DNA of 57,787 nucleotides from Perkinsus olseni (Eukaryota): NCBI GenBank assembly GCA_013115125.1, contig JABANN010000172.1, positions 1 to 57,787 of the forward strand, read 5' to 3'. Shown piece by piece: positions 55,462 to 57,787 of this stretch (position 1 is its first letter; each line of letters starts with the position of its first letter). The notes under the pieces were generated by a model. It saw only the letters and a program-made list of their open reading frames with translations, ran no database searches and was not told where the DNA came from. The position numbers and the translations under genes were made by a program.

Positions 55462-56219
55462 TCGTCCTTATGCACTGGAAGCTGAATTTTCTAGTAAGAA
55501 GACCTCGCCGGCATACTCGAGGTTGTGAAAAACGCCTCCTTTGTCCAGCTTCAAGGGTGTCAAGCATGATGATATGAAGCCGGTGCTGTCGTTGTTGTTG
55601 TCGTTGTTTTGTCCTATTCTATCCTTTACATCGTCATTATCGTCTCCTATGCTACTACTACTGCTACTTACATCTACTACACTATTACATGCTGTTTATT
55701 CTTACCACTCCATTCCCTATCTATTTGGGTATAGAAGGTGATGATAGTTCCGACCTTTTATACTGTCGTAATAACTATCCCATCCTATGATACACTTAAG
55801 GCACTATTCTCTTCCTCAGAGGGTGATGATAGTTCCGACCCTTTGATGATTATCCTTATCGATCCACTTTCGAGGTCTTAGTCGAAGCCCGCCCCCATCC
55901 TGACGATAAAGCGTCAGTTTTCTCGAGCCTTCGGGTAGGGCCTGTCGGAGTCCTTCGACTACGAGGTCAATCATATCCAGTTGAAATGATAATGGGGTAG
56001 ACTTCTGTGCAGCACAAGTGAAGTTTCTCTCTGGACCGATGAAGCTTGGTCTTGATGGTCTCTTCGCTGTGCATGTGTGCGTTACCTTTGCTGCTGTTCT
56101 CATATAGCGTCCATTTTGGTAGCCCTTATTCAGTCTCACCCCCATAGCATCAGTATTGTGTTGTTCAGTTCAACAGTCGACTGTCTCCGGAGCAGTTACT
56201 TAGTGTTCCTCTCTTCCCT

Positions 56220-57017
56220 ATGACAGAGACCGTTGGAGGAGATTTCATCGACATTTCCTTCCCTCGTCACTTCCGCTGGATCTGGCTGTCCGGCGTTGTC
56301 GTCATCACTATGTCGTTCATCGTTCTCGCTGCTATGCATGAGACATTCCCTGGACTCATTGTAGCCTTTGGGGTAGCACTCCTGCTGTGGATCGCTTTGC
56401 CGGTGATCATTCTGTTAGTGAAAATGACGAAGAAATACGGATTCCGGCAGGGCATCCAAAAGCTAAGGGAGGGCCCAAAAGTCGAAACCGAAGCGACTCA
56501 ACAGAAGCCCACCGCTGAGGACAAGAAGGCTTTTTTGGAGGCGGCCAAGAGTGCTTCGCAAGTCACGCTTGATACAACGGCAGCACCGCAAGATCTATGT
56601 CCGATTTGTCTAGATGAAGAGGATATGGGGGATCCATTGATAACTCTGAGATGTGGTCATGTGTTTCATGAGAAATGTATTGACTCGGTTATTGATACGG
56701 CCTATGAGAAGATGTACGCTCCTAATTATTTGGGATTGCCAATACTACCGAGAGATCAAGTCTTGAGCTCTCTACGCTGTCCACTCTGCCGTTCACAAAT
56801 GACCGAAGTTAACGATAATGATATCGAAGACGGTGTCCCACAGCCTACTACCACAGAGACCCCTAGTGGAAGCTCCGTTGACGACGATCCAACTGTTGAG
56901 ACATCCCCTGCCTTCAGCAGACCGCTGGCTCGAGTTCCCCCTACATTCTACTTAACAGGCACGCGAGTGGGTGATGCCCCTCACGTTGCCGCCTTGCCAG
57001 TTGTTGTGCAGCTATAG
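56220..57017 (+). CDS. two-TM RING-H2 protein (paralogue 2)
   Basis: Two TM helices; LCPICLDE..LRCGHVFHEKC...CPLCR; colinear with 54850-55461. Confidence 0.85.
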   Translation: MTETVGGDFIDISFPRHFRWIWLSGVVVITMSFIVLAAMHETFPGLIVAFGVALLLWIALPVIILLVKMTKKYGFRQGIQKLREGPKVETEATQQKPTAEDKKAFLEAAKSASQVTLDTTAAPQDLCPICLDEEDMGDPLITLRCGHVFHEKCIDSVIDTAYEKMYAPNYLGLPILPRDQVLSSLRCPLCRSQMTEVNDNDIEDGVPQPTTTETPSGSSVDDDPTVETSPAFSRPLARVPPTFYLTGTRVGDAPHVAALPVVVQL

Positions 57018-57787
57018 GTGTCAGTAAACAATGACTAGCATGTTGCCTCTATTCGCAGACCCATACAAGGCCGCCCTGATAGAGCCCAGCGCTGTCATAT
57101 CTGACCACTTCCGAGGTGGTCACGCAACTTGGCTGCAAAGATACTCTGAAGAACGGGGCTCACATCATCTCAGCCTCGCTCGCACGATATACGTGGTCGG
57201 CCGATTGTCGTTGGTCATGGCATCCCGAGCCAGCCTGCTCGTGATGGTTCACTCCATTCTGTACTCCTGTCTACCTCTGCTGCTACCTCAGCAGCAACGG
57301 TAGCCACTCGTCTATATATCATCTATACTGTTCTATCTATCTGTATTCTTTCAGTCTATAGTAGGGCCCCGAGTGCGATCCTTCCGGTTTCCATCCCTCG
57401 CCAGCACTATCAGTGAATCCACATTCCCTGCCGAAACACGGCAGCAGCGCAGTTCGTTCTCGTTGGTTCCGGGTCCGGTTGAATTGCCTGCGGGGTCCAC
57501 TGGTTACTTCCCTATGACTATCCTCGAATGGGACCAATGAAGCTTGGTCCCGAGACGAGGTTGTCCTACTCTACCATTCTTCCTACGTTCGTGAAACCAT
57601 CATCCTGCTTCAAAACTCGCCACCTGTTTCGTTGAGTGACTGGTAACAGGAAGCTGCTCTTCATTTCATCATCGTCATTCGTTCGGTCTCTGCTTGTGTG
57701 CATCTGCCGTCTTCAGTCAGCTTCCTTTGTTCTCGTCGTAATAACACCGTTTGCTAACTCGAATGCCTGAGAGAAGCAATGAGACTC

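Overview
Gene-dense eukaryotic (protist) genomic DNA with about 25 protein-coding genes, most split by many short (~45-70 nt) GT-AG introns. Gene style and content suggest an alveolate, most likely Perkinsus (inference, not a database result). Recognisable genes: CRT-like transporter, intronless BtpA/SgcQ-phosphoribosyltransferase fusion, NIF/FCP1-type phosphatase, ABHD1/3-like hydrolase, PRP4 kinase, VP39-like cap 2'-O-methyltransferase, RBBP6/Mpe1-like, MEI2-like RRM, CUE-domain protein, TBC RabGAP, PNK-like P-loop kinase, TMTC mannosyltransferase, three membrane RING-H2 ligases, IKS1-like kinase and a class I PDE with a putative RIIa/DPY-30-like N-terminal domain. Main unexplained signals: (1) a tRNA T-arm/B-box-like 22-mer (AAGGTCCCGGGTTCGAATCCCA) recurring inside short, often hairpin-flanked introns of unrelated genes; (2) four signal-peptide GNAT acetyltransferase genes, three in a ~2 kb tandem array; (3) a VP39/kinetoplastid-type cap methyltransferase with a TGS1-like LMRSMGLPxxF tail; (4) the BtpA-PRTase fusion. 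All exon boundaries were read by eye and are approximate. No CRISPR array, rRNA or intact tRNA was seen.
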